Source of the DNA: a virus
IMG/VR virus record: IMGVR_UViG_3300020202_000062
Span: 1 to 64,000 of that record
DNA: 64,000 nt
Strand: one strand, 5' to 3'
Each line of letters begins with the position of its first letter. The stretch's first letter is position 1. Both the position numbers and the translations under genes were made by a program. The notes beneath the pieces are model-generated. The model did not search any database. It saw only the letters and a list, made by a program, of their open reading frames with translations, and was not told the DNA's origin. Shown piece by piece: positions 54,338-62,971 of the stretch.

Positions 54338-55138
54338 ATGAATACACGATACTTTGACCAAGAACAGCCAATTGTTGTGGGACTCTTAGGTAATGCTGGT
54401 GCCGGGAAGACTAGTACCGCAGATGCCATTGTTCCTCAATCTCTTATCGCTTCTGAGGGTGTCGTAAGGTGGGATCATTTAGTATTGGCTACGCCACTCT
54501 ATGAAATGGTTACGACCAAGCGAATGACCACTGGAGAGATAAAGGGTAAAGAGAGGCAACTATATGCTCTCCATGACCTACTGGTAGATCTATTCGGTGG
54601 CAGCCCACTATATGGTGCACCCGACTATGACGATTTAGTAGATCTAGTCCGCTACATCCAAGGTGTCCCAGTGCCACTAGAAGGCAAACCCAGGACATTC
54701 ATGCAGAGTGTAGCAACCCTGTGCCGAGAATATGATCCAGACTGCTTTGCTAACAGAGTTCGCAAGACAGTGATGAAGCAGAACCTCCACTATCAAGAAC
54801 AGGACCTATTCTATGCGGCGCTTGTTTCTGATGTCAGGTTCATCAATGAAGTAAGCATGATTAAGAAGCAGCCAAATGGCGTAGTTATCAAGTTAGATGC
54901 TTCGCCTGAAGTCCGTGCTGCAAGGATCGAGAAGCGTGACGGTAAGGCTATGACTGCCGAAGAGTTGAGCCATGAGTCTGAGAAACTCGACATCCCCGAA
55001 GAGATGATTGATCTTCATATTGACACCGATCCGATTGGGATCCAGGATGTTGCCACCGCCGTCAAAAAGGCGTTGTTTGACATCTTCCCTGGTTTCCAGG
55101 ATCTAACCGTAACAGAGGAAGAATTAACGAATGCCTAA
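54338..55138 (+). CDS. deoxynucleoside monophosphate kinase-like P-loop protein
   Basis: VGLLGNAGAGKTS, PR.FMQ, SDVRFINE, HESE. Confidence 0.85.
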   Translation: MNTRYFDQEQPIVVGLLGNAGAGKTSTADAIVPQSLIASEGVVRWDHLVLATPLYEMVTTKRMTTGEIKGKERQLYALHDLLVDLFGGSPLYGAPDYDDLVDLVRYIQGVPVPLEGKPRTFMQSVATLCREYDPDCFANRVRKTVMKQNLHYQEQDLFYAALVSDVRFINEVSMIKKQPNGVVIKLDASPEVRAARIEKRDGKAMTAEELSHESEKLDIPEEMIDLHIDTDPIGIQDVATAVKKALFDIFPGFQDLTVTEEELTNA

Positions 55139-55475
55139 CCAGTCAGTAGATGCAGCAGAGCAGGTAGAAGGGAACTTTGTAATACAAGAGTTCGAACGTG
55201 TTCTGCCTAACATCGTAGTGTCAGGTGTGCCGATCCTTACATCGGGCATCAACCGCAAGATTAACATCGGCAACTATGAGAACATCGATGTGTTCGCCGC
55301 TATTTCATTACCACTCCCCGAGACGAGCCTAGAAGAAGTAGAGGCCCTTAAAGAGATTGTGGCTATGGCTGCGGAACTAGGATTCTCTATGATGGCTAAG
55401 GAAATCAACGCACGTTATGCGGCCATCAAAGAACTACAGTCGCCACGTAAGACAGAGGATGAAGCGGCTACTTAA
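55131..55475 (+). CDS. hypothetical protein
   Basis: RKINIGNYENID motif. Confidence 0.7.
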   Translation: MPNQSVDAAEQVEGNFVIQEFERVLPNIVVSGVPILTSGINRKINIGNYENIDVFAAISLPLPETSLEEVEALKEIVAMAAELGFSMMAKEINARYAAIKELQSPRKTEDEAAT

Positions 55476-55623
55476 CCACTACAACAGTATCAACCTTCGT
55501 CTTTAGACGATTAGTTGTTTGCCTAAGGGAATGAGTTACACTTTCTAACTGTTCCCTTAGGCTTTTTAGTTCTTCTAGGTCTTTTTCAGGTGACTCAGTC
55601 TTAGGCTTATTCCAGATAAACAT
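55468..55623 (-). CDS. small coiled-coil protein
   Basis: Follows the holin-like gene. Confidence 0.45.
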   Translation of the reverse strand: MFIWNKPKTESPEKDLEELKSLREQLESVTHSLRQTTNRLKTKVDTVVVVK

Positions 55624-55627
55624 AAGG

Positions 55628-55966
55628 TTATACTCTCTTTCTGAGTTCCTTCCGATTATCAGAAATTTCCTCGACCACGTCATGCATCACTTGATTCAAC
55701 TGCACTAGGGCAGGAACGATTTCTTTTCTGATGTTTTCGTTTAGAGTTTTTACTTCTACTTGAAGTTCTGAGTTCTCTTGGCGTAGGCGATCACGTTCGC
55801 CTGTGGTAGTGAGTTTGTCGAAGATAACGAGCAGGAGCACAACGCCAAATGGGCCGCCATGTGTAATGTATGTGACCCAATCGATGTCTGCGGGAGAGCT
55901 AGCCTGACCAAGAATTGAGACTACTCCCCAAACTGCTGTAATTGCTAGCGAGATAGCATATACCAT
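55628..55966 (-). CDS. membrane protein with coiled coil (holin-like candidate)
   Basis: Two TM segments then heptads. Confidence 0.65.
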   Translation of the reverse strand: MVYAISLAITAVWGVVSILGQASSPADIDWVTYITHGGPFGVVLLLVIFDKLTTTGERDRLRQENSELQVEVKTLNENIRKEIVPALVQLNQVMHDVVEEISDNRKELRKRV

Positions 55967-55981
55967 TTGAGGTTCCTAACG

Positions 55982-56569
55982 TTAAGGTGTCTTTGGATAT
56001 ATTCTGAAATTTACTGTAGTCCAACTACGAGAGACACCATTCGGCTCATCTGCTGGAGTTTCAACTCCCGTTATACGCCAAACAACATACTCTTTACCTT
56101 GTTCAAAGAACACACTAGAACGTTCTTCCACTTCCTTAGGTATAACGTTCTGATATATTTTCTCTACACAGCCCGGATCTCTAGTGCCTATGCCTTCTCC
56201 ACTCGCATAAGCACCACCCGGAGGCTCTACCGAAACCCAGGAAGAGCGACCTTCTACAGTTACTGGGTTGTTTGTATTATTACACTTGGTACCCACAACC
56301 TCTACTGTATCTCCCAACCTTAGAGCAGGAACATCCACGCCTGGTAACCTGTTCATAACTTCTTGAACTGGATACTCTCCAAGTGGGTCATACTGATCTG
56401 GTTGCGCGCTTAGGCGCAAGAAATAAAGTTGCCCCACAATAAGTAGGGCCACCAGGAAGAGTCTCAGTGACCAGTTGGTTGCCTTTGGTGTAGAAGGAGT
56501 GCTGCTCTCCTTGCCACCGTTGTAAATTCTGTTGTACACAGCCTCTTCGGATGTTGCCCCTAATGACAT
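55982..56569 (-). CDS. single-TM hypothetical protein
   Basis: AGGAG SD; TM followed by beta-rich domain. Confidence 0.75.
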   Translation of the reverse strand: MSLGATSEEAVYNRIYNGGKESSTPSTPKATNWSLRLFLVALLIVGQLYFLRLSAQPDQYDPLGEYPVQEVMNRLPGVDVPALRLGDTVEVVGTKCNNTNNPVTVEGRSSWVSVEPPGGAYASGEGIGTRDPGCVEKIYQNVIPKEVEERSSVFFEQGKEYVVWRITGVETPADEPNGVSRSWTTVNFRIYPKTP

Positions 56570-56613
56570 AGAAACTCCTAGACCAATAAGAAAAAGAAAC
56601 TACATACAATAGT

Positions 56614-56645
56614 AAAAGGGACAAGCCAAAAAAGAGCCTGTCCCT
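56614..56645 (-). terminator. minus-strand intrinsic terminator
   Basis: AGGGACAGGC...GCTTGTCCCT-TTT. Confidence 0.65.
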
Positions 56646-56718
56646 ATATAAATCTATCTAGCTATGACATGACTATTTTAGTAGAATCACCAAGATAGTA
56701 CTGTCCCAAGTCTAAGAT

Positions 56719-56931
56719 TTAAGCATCTGCCCTAAGTACGTCTGCCGCTGACCTGTATAGCGTAGTGCCCGATGGCGACCCATATGTAACAATTGGGTTT
56801 GTCGAGGAAGAATTAGAGGTCGTCCAAATTGCATTGGCATTCAGTGTACCTGAATTATCAATGGTAAAACCTGGGCTAGTCAATGTCTTTACACTACCGC
56901 TAGGAGTTGCGACAGACCTCTTTAGAAAGGG
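56719..56931 (-). CDS. S/T/G-rich extension, probably reached by -1 frameshift at CCCTTTC
   Basis: 70 open codons in the -1 frame overlapping the stop of the upstream gene. Confidence 0.55.
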   Translation of the reverse strand, partial: PFLKRSVATPSGSVKTLTSPGFTIDNSGTLNANAIWTTSNSSSTNPIVTYGSPSGTTLYRSAADVLRADA

Positions 56932-57113
56932 CGAACGATTACCTCTACACGGGTTAGATCGTCTACGTACTCTTCTGGAATTGCACGTGCTGCCAGCAAT
57001 GTTGCGGCATTCTGGTCAGAAGCGAGAACGCGGGTTACGTCTACGATAAGATCTGACTTACCCTTCTCACCCTCTTCTGGATGCAGTACTACTGCGTATT
57101 CAAATAACTTCAC
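56922..57113 (-). CDS. small protein (LFEY...VRPF family, copy 3)
   Basis: GTG after GAGG SD (alternative ATG at 57254); paralog of 320..517 and 563..988. Confidence 0.75.
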   Translation of the reverse strand: MKLFEYAVVLHPEEGEKGKSDLIVDVTRVLASDQNAATLLAARAIPEEYVDDLTRVEVIVRPF

Positions 57114-57254
57114 TTTGTTTCCTCTTTTTGCTTTCTTTATACTGTCCCACCAATCAGGTGGCATAGCGTTCAATGTCTGTAGGAGTATGCTAGCCTGTAA
57201 AGCGGTTGCTTCACGGTCTCTTTGGCGTTGCGTAATTGTTCCACAAAACGACAT

Positions 57255-58268
57255 CTACTTAACCCTTATATCGTGTGGAGCAGATTCTATCACACCATGA
57301 GGGGTTACACCAATCAGTTGTGCTTTCTCTTTGAACTCTGGGAGCGTGTGTGCACCCACATAAGACATTGCACTTCTTAGTCCGCCCATCAGGTAGTTGA
57401 TAACTTCTTTTACTGAGCCTCTATATGGTACAAATCCACTGACACCCTCAGCATGTTCTCTGCCGCTGGCTTCTGTAGACGCCATGCCACGGTAAGCCTT
57501 GACCTTTTCACCATCCAGTTCGATCACCTCACCAGGGGCTTCATCGGTCCCTGCAAATAGACTACCGATCATAACCACATCTGCACCAGCGGCAAAGGCT
57601 TTGGCTAGGTCACCTGGGTTGCGGATTCCACCGTCAGCGATGATTGATACATCAGCAAACTTTGCGGCCTCAGCGCAATCCATAATAGCAGTAACCTGAG
57701 GCACACCTACGCCAGTCATGACGCGGGTAGAGCATGCTGCTCCTGGGCCAATGCCGACCTTAACAGCATGAGCACCTGCACTAGCCATTGAAAATACGGC
57801 CTTGCCTGTGGCTACATTACCGGCCACAATCCAGACATTGTCTGCGTACTTGTTTGCGATGTACTCTATTGTATGCAAAGCATGCTGGGAATGGCCATGG
57901 GCAATGTCGAAGACAATAGAAGAAACCCCAGCATCCACTAGAGCATCGATTCTGTCGTAATCTTTAACCCCTACGGCAGCGCCTACAGCGAGGCCATCGT
58001 CGGCTAGGAACTTAACCTTCTTCACTTGCTTCGCTGCGTACATGTTCCTATGGATAATACCTAAGCCACCGTTGTAAGCCATGGTTGCAGCCATCGCCCC
58101 TTCGGTTACTGTGTCCATGTTAGCAGAGATAAGTGGGATCTGAAGATGAACAAACTTATCGCCTGCCTTCATCTTGGATGAAACGTCGCAATTGCTTCTT
58201 GATGCCACGGTTGAAAACTCGGGCACGATAAGAACGTCATCGAATGACAATCCCATACGTAGTGACAT
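57255..58268 (-). CDS. guaB: IMP dehydrogenase/GMP reductase family protein (no CBS domains)
   Basis: [43 protein letters not shown]. Confidence 0.9.
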   Translation of the reverse strand: MSLRMGLSFDDVLIVPEFSTVASRSNCDVSSKMKAGDKFVHLQIPLISANMDTVTEGAMAATMAYNGGLGIIHRNMYAAKQVKKVKFLADDGLAVGAAVGVKDYDRIDALVDAGVSSIVFDIAHGHSQHALHTIEYIANKYADNVWIVAGNVATGKAVFSMASAGAHAVKVGIGPGAACSTRVMTGVGVPQVTAIMDCAEAAKFADVSIIADGGIRNPGDLAKAFAAGADVVMIGSLFAGTDEAPGEVIELDGEKVKAYRGMASTEASGREHAEGVSGFVPYRGSVKEVINYLMGGLRSAMSYVGAHTLPEFKEKAQLIGVTPHGVIESAPHDIRVK

Positions 58269-58300
58269 AGTTCTTCCTCTCTTTAACAGAGGTAAGTTTA

Positions 58301-59146
58301 TCAGATGAGACCCTCGGCTACAAGTGCTTCGCGCACCTTTAGTCCGATCTTCTTGAAGTGCTCACGAACTGTGTTGGGATGCTCTGTGATCCTGTGTGCT
58401 ATGTCGGATGATTTCTGACCATCTACATACTTCCACTTAAGTAGCTGACGCTCCTGCATATTGAGAATGTCGAACGGGAACATAGCAGTATCGCCTATGA
58501 CCCAGAACTCATCGATGTCCTCTGCTCCTATCAGATCCTCCGCTGAAGGCTCTGACGGCCCCTGGAAGCCCTGTGGCTTGTCGTCTGTCTCACCGTCGCC
58601 AAAGTCTTCATCTGTTATTAGTGGGAATGTATTACGACCGTTCTGGTCGATTAAGAATACGTCTACATTCCTCTTCAGCTTGTAGAAGAAATAGCGGTAT
58701 AAGAATCCACTGAACGGTACGTGACCTCCAGCCTTAGATTCCTTACGCTTGTAAATGCTCACACATTCAAAGAGTGTCATGTTAACAGTCTGACGGATAT
58801 CTTCTTCGTCACCGTAACGCTGCACCATGTAATGGATACCACGTACTGTCTCGTTTACATGCTTGTGTCCCTTGGCATTGAGTTTGTTCTTGCGAAGGTA
58901 CATACCAACCATCTTATCAGTAACATACAGGCTGATGAACTGGCGAGCATCGTAGTCGGACAGTTTGTACTTGGCGTAATAGATTAGATTGACCCATTTG
59001 GTCAAGAAATTGGCGAAGATGTCGAGTAGTTGCTGTTGCGCTACCCCATCCCCGGCTTTCACCCTAGCGATAAGAGCCTGCATCTCTTCTTCTTCTAGGT
59101 TGTAGTAGGTTTCCTTAAAGGCTGGCTTCTTTTTGACTTCGGGCAT
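58301..59146 (-). CDS. phage RNA polymerase sigma-factor-like protein
   Basis: LI.R.K.GD..AQ..L, ED..Q, F..FL, region-4-like L..QER.LL...Y.DG....DIA. Confidence 0.7.
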   Translation of the reverse strand: MPEVKKKPAFKETYYNLEEEEMQALIARVKAGDGVAQQQLLDIFANFLTKWVNLIYYAKYKLSDYDARQFISLYVTDKMVGMYLRKNKLNAKGHKHVNETVRGIHYMVQRYGDEEDIRQTVNMTLFECVSIYKRKESKAGGHVPFSGFLYRYFFYKLKRNVDVFLIDQNGRNTFPLITDEDFGDGETDDKPQGFQGPSEPSAEDLIGAEDIDEFWVIGDTAMFPFDILNMQERQLLKWKYVDGQKSSDIAHRITEHPNTVREHFKKIGLKVREALVAEGLI

Positions 59147-59549
59147 CCCTGTATCCTTGGGCGTTAATGCGACTACACTCTCTACAGAATCTATGCCGCG
59201 CTGTATTGTAATAAGTATTATCTTCGGTGTATTCGTGCCCCTTAGGGCAGTGTGTGATGAGTCTCTTACCTCTAGAAACATTCTCTTTGCATGTTACCGC
59301 TTCTAGATGCTCTGGCCTTACACACTTCCTGTTCCTGCACAAATGATCAATATGCAATCCGTCTGGTATGGGTCCAAAAGACAATTCATACGATACTCTA
59401 TGAGCGTATTTGTTTTTTGACTTCCCATTCTCACGAACCATGAACTGACCGTAACCGGTAGGTTGACATGACGCCGTCCAAATCCAGCAGGCATCTGTTC
59501 TGTCTACCTTAGACCAAAATCTATCTGGCTTAGGCTTAGTGGTAGACAT
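59115..59549 (-). CDS. HNH homing endonuclease
   Basis: CWIW, AHRVSY, IDHLCRNR.CV.P.HL..VT..EN, CPKGH, CREC. Confidence 0.9.
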   Translation of the reverse strand: MSTTKPKPDRFWSKVDRTDACWIWTASCQPTGYGQFMVRENGKSKNKYAHRVSYELSFGPIPDGLHIDHLCRNRKCVRPEHLEAVTCKENVSRGKRLITHCPKGHEYTEDNTYYNTARHRFCRECSRINAQGYRDARSQKEASL

Positions 59550-60154
59550 TATTGGCCTTCCCATGTAGGTATACGATCTTTGTACTCTTTCCTCATATCC
59601 TGGTAATACATAAGGATTGGAATCCCTAGACGCTTGAAGAACTTATCTGCCTTAGTGCCCTTCTCGCAGATAGCATATAGTTTGGCAAACTCTTCGGGGT
59701 AATTCTCTTTAAACCCCATCAACTTAGAGAACGTGCCTGGCATAACGCGACCCTTTACCTCTACCCAGATCTCTTCTCCTTCATAGTCGAGTATGTGGAA
59801 GTCGGGTAGATAGGCCACAGCAGAATTCTTAGGTCTGTCGAATTCAAATAACTTACTCTCGTATTCCCACTTGATCTTATTCAACTTCAGAACTCTTGCA
59901 AAGTTCCTCTCCCATCCGCTACGATACACCGTCTTCCCCAGGTCTGGGGCAGTACCGGCTCCGATACGTCGGGGCTTGCTAGAAACTTTTACGGTTTTGA
60001 TTTGACTTTCCCTAGAGAGAGCGAGTATTCTGCTCCGCACTGAGGTTTCCGACCGGTTAGGAAGAATGAGGGCCAGATCTGAGACAGTAAGAAGTCCCGC
60101 ATTTCTGCGGATGATTTCATCTTCTCGTTTGGTCCACGCCCTTCTTCTAGCCAT
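59549..60154 (-). CDS. PD-(D/E)XK endonuclease with N-terminal Myb/HTH-like domain
   Basis: WT..ED, YRS.WE, YLPDF, VEVKG. Confidence 0.8.
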   Translation of the reverse strand: MARRRAWTKREDEIIRRNAGLLTVSDLALILPNRSETSVRSRILALSRESQIKTVKVSSKPRRIGAGTAPDLGKTVYRSGWERNFARVLKLNKIKWEYESKLFEFDRPKNSAVAYLPDFHILDYEGEEIWVEVKGRVMPGTFSKLMGFKENYPEEFAKLYAICEKGTKADKFFKRLGIPILMYYQDMRKEYKDRIPTWEGQ

Positions 60155-60236
60155 AGTGAGTATCCTTAAGTGTTAGTTAATATAACTACAGAATACAGTA
60201 GTCACAGAAAAAAGTCAAAAAAAGATACATTTCAAC

Positions 60237-60266
60237 TTGCAAAGACCCATATAAAGGTAGTAAAGT
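60237..60266 (+). promoter_or_regulatory. promoter, probably leaderless
   Basis: TTGCAA-N18-TAAAGT followed 7 nt later by ATG 60274. Confidence 0.55.
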
Positions 60267-60273
60267 AACCGAC

Positions 60274-60483
60274 ATGAACACATTAGACAACTTCACATCA
60301 TCAATCGCAACCGAAATCCTAGACAATGTCTACACGACTTTGATTGACGCAGGACTCGACCCAGGTGTCGCTTACCAGCGTGCATTCAACTCAGACTATG
60401 ACTTTGCTCTAGACTTGGCAGAGAACCCAGTCTCAGCAGAAGAGGCCGAGGACGAGTTAGACGCTTGGGTTCCTAGCGTCTAA
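60274..60483 (+). CDS. small acidic protein
   Basis: Isolated plus-strand gene with its own promoter; one basic residue. Confidence 0.7.
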   Translation: MNTLDNFTSSIATEILDNVYTTLIDAGLDPGVAYQRAFNSDYDFALDLAENPVSAEEAEDELDAWVPSV

Positions 60484-61273
60484 TCTCTACCCTTGAAGCC
60501 CTAGCCGTCCCTGTCGAACATACCCCGTTGTTAAAGTCACACCAGGAGCAGATTCGTTTATTAGACGTGGTATGAAAATGCCGTTTGTTTACAATCTCGG
60601 CAGTAATTTCCAACAACCTAGACTCAACTTCATCAAGGTCACTCCTGCTAAAGGTGTGGCCTTTTTGAGCGCCCGAGCGCAAGTAGTAAAGGTTGGCCGT
60701 AACGGGCTTGCCTCCGAAGATCTTGTCTGCTGCTAGAGCATAGATACCTAACTGTAGATTCTTGGGGGCTCCTTTTTTGGATACCTCATGCTTACCGGTC
60801 TTGTAGTCGGTGATGACAATCCTATCGTCGTACTCGTCTACACGGTCGATAAATCCGTTGATAAGAGCAGAGCCTACCACAATTGAGAACGGCATCTCTT
60901 TACTGTGAATGGGGATCTCATCGTCTTGATGGCGATCAGCAAACTCAGTAAGGATCTGCTTGCCTACCTCTATTAGTTCTTGGCCTACCTGATCGTCTGG
61001 ATCCCACTTAGGTACCTGGGCTTCAAACTCTTCCATCAGTTGTTCTAGAGTGAACTTCTCATTAGGCTGTAAACGTTCCTCTAGGGTGCTATGAACTATG
61101 TTACCAAGGGTAGCAGCAGCGCCGAACTGACGCGGCTCCTTAACGATGTAGGTGTAGTAATACTTAGCCCAGCATCCAAAACTACCGTAGACTGTCTCGA
61201 TCCTCGTGTTGCTCATGTCGATCAGGCTCAATCGCTCCAGATCGCTTACTTCCTCCAGCAGCCTTACTGCCAT
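60473..61273 (-). CDS. RecB/Cas4-like PD-(D/E)XK exonuclease
   Basis: C..KYY, G..VH, E..F, G.IDRVD, DYKTG, QL..YA, C..CDF...C. Confidence 0.88.
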   Translation of the reverse strand: MAVRLLEEVSDLERLSLIDMSNTRIETVYGSFGCWAKYYYTYIVKEPRQFGAAATLGNIVHSTLEERLQPNEKFTLEQLMEEFEAQVPKWDPDDQVGQELIEVGKQILTEFADRHQDDEIPIHSKEMPFSIVVGSALINGFIDRVDEYDDRIVITDYKTGKHEVSKKGAPKNLQLGIYALAADKIFGGKPVTANLYYLRSGAQKGHTFSRSDLDEVESRLLEITAEIVNKRHFHTTSNKRICSWCDFNNGVCSTGTARASRVEIRR

Positions 61274-61631
61274 ATGTTCTCCCTGTTAGGTACTCAACTA
61301 GTTTTGGATTGTTCTGTAGCGCATTTAGTAGTCCTGCTGTCATCGTGGATACGATACGCTCTTCTAGGCCCGAATCAAAGTTCTGTGGACCTCCAGCCTG
61401 CGCCCATACAACATGCAGTGTCTCATGCAGTAATGTATCCTGCATACACTCATGCGTCTGGTCTGGATCTAAGAGGATTCTTCCTCCCCTGTAGTCCATG
61501 TATCCAAAGACCTCATGCTCGTCATGTTTACGAGCGAACTCATAGTAGTCTTCCTTGTCGGAACTTACTTCAAACTTCATAGGCCCGACAACTAATGTCT
61601 TTGGGTGAGGTAATACTTCCTGCTTAGGCAT
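61182..61631 (-). CDS. HExxH metallopeptidase-like protein
   Basis: DTLLHETLH...EE. Confidence 0.7.
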   Translation of the reverse strand: MPKQEVLPHPKTLVVGPMKFEVSSDKEDYYEFARKHDEHEVFGYMDYRGGRILLDPDQTHECMQDTLLHETLHVVWAQAGGPQNFDSGLEERIVSTMTAGLLNALQNNPKLVEYLTGRTYGSKAAGGSKRSGAIEPDRHEQHEDRDSLR

Positions 61632-62172
61632 TCGCTTTCTCCAACTTCTCCTGGATGCGGTTGATCATAAAGTTCAAATTGAAATCTATATGATCTCGAT
61701 TTGCTTCAAGATAATCACAGATCACACCGTGCTTTTTCAGCAGGTTTTTGAGTGCTTCGTCAATGACAATTGCCTCTTCTTCTGTCTGTGTTCTACCTTT
61801 TGGATTGTAGGTCCTACTCTTATGTCTTTTCAAAAACACGTTGTAGTTGTTAAACGTATTGAAGGTATGTAACACAAACCTCTCAAACTCAGGACCCCAA
61901 TGCTTGCCGTATTCTAAGAGCAAGAAGAGTGGCGAGTCTGTAACGATGACATCTACCTTGTCATCTAGAATAAACTGCTTATGGTGCTGCTTCCCCAAGA
62001 GGTACAACTGATCCTTAAGGACTGCTATACTCTCTTCCCAAACCTTATGCTTGGCGAATTCCGAAACTAGCTCGCAGTTATAACCGCGCCACTTGAGTTC
62101 GGCAAACAACTGTGCTGCCGTAGTGCTCTTCCCTGTTCCGGGACCGCCATATAGGTTAACTACTAGGGCCAT
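61624..62172 (-). CDS. NadR/thymidylate-kinase-like P-loop protein
   Basis: NLYGGPGTGKST, EFAK, TDSPL, GR.Q..EEA. Confidence 0.8.
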   Translation of the reverse strand: MALVVNLYGGPGTGKSTTAAQLFAELKWRGYNCELVSEFAKHKVWEESIAVLKDQLYLLGKQHHKQFILDDKVDVIVTDSPLFLLLEYGKHWGPEFERFVLHTFNTFNNYNVFLKRHKSRTYNPKGRTQTEEEAIVIDEALKNLLKKHGVICDYLEANRDHIDFNLNFMINRIQEKLEKANA

Positions 62173-62292
62173 CTTCGTCCTCGTCTTCGAAGTCTTCGGG
62201 ATCTAAGATCTCGTTGGTCAGAGTGTTTAGGTAGCGGCCATCCTCTAATGCGACTAGGCCAGTTTTACCAATTTCCATGTAATCTTTTTCCA

Positions 62293-62592
62293 TTATATCA
62301 CCACCGATCCTAGCACAAGTAGAACACCGAGTAGCACCACAGTAGCAATGAATATCATTAGCCAATTGGGTCCACCACCCCCGAACATGCTGTGCTCTTC
62401 TTTTTCGTATAGTTTCATAACTTCCCTAAGGCCGTGGAACTCTGGCTCTCTAAACTCTAAGCCACAGCACCCTCCAGCCCTAAGGAAGTATCTGTTGTGC
62501 AGGTGAGGCTTGGTGTAGTGATAGATTCTCAACTGCACGTTAGACTCATCTGCGTCGTAATACGAGATTGAATCCGCTTCTACCTGGCTCAT
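62293..62592 (-). CDS. hypothetical protein
   Basis: TAATG coupling. Confidence 0.5.
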   Translation of the reverse strand: MSQVEADSISYYDADESNVQLRIYHYTKPHLHNRYFLRAGGCCGLEFREPEFHGLREVMKLYEKEEHSMFGGGGPNWLMIFIATVVLLGVLLVLGSVVI

Positions 62593-62963
62593 TATTCGTT
62601 GTATACCTTGATGGGATTCCAGTTGGGATTGTCCAACTTCTCCTGCATGTCGGCAACATACGAATCCCAATCGCGTTCGTCTTCGGTCTTAGATTCTCTC
62701 TGAATCGATCCTCGGAACGGATTGCGACCATACTTAGTGATGATGACGCGGCCTTCCTGAGTCCTCCATCGGAGAACGCCCTGGGTGCACTGACAAAAGT
62801 CATCCAAGTGTGGATCGATCTTGCCGTTCATGTCGAATCTACCACTGCATGAGTTGGGTAGTGGGCATGCTGAAGTGCCCTTCTTACTGCATCTACCACA
62901 CGCTGTGCAAGTCTCCCAGCACCCCCGTGTAGAAGGATCTCTATATGTGCCTGGTGCGGCCAT
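62592..62963 (-). CDS. Cys-rich hypothetical protein
   Basis: AGGAG SD; CW..CTACGRC. Confidence 0.75.
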   Translation of the reverse strand: MAAPGTYRDPSTRGCWETCTACGRCSKKGTSACPLPNSCSGRFDMNGKIDPHLDDFCQCTQGVLRWRTQEGRVIITKYGRNPFRGSIQRESKTEDERDWDSYVADMQEKLDNPNWNPIKVYNE

Positions 62964-62971
62964 CTGTACTC

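Noticed and set aside
59147-59281. Longer N-terminus for the sigma factor
   Set aside because: Lies within the HNH coding region; ATG 59146 has a plausible SD
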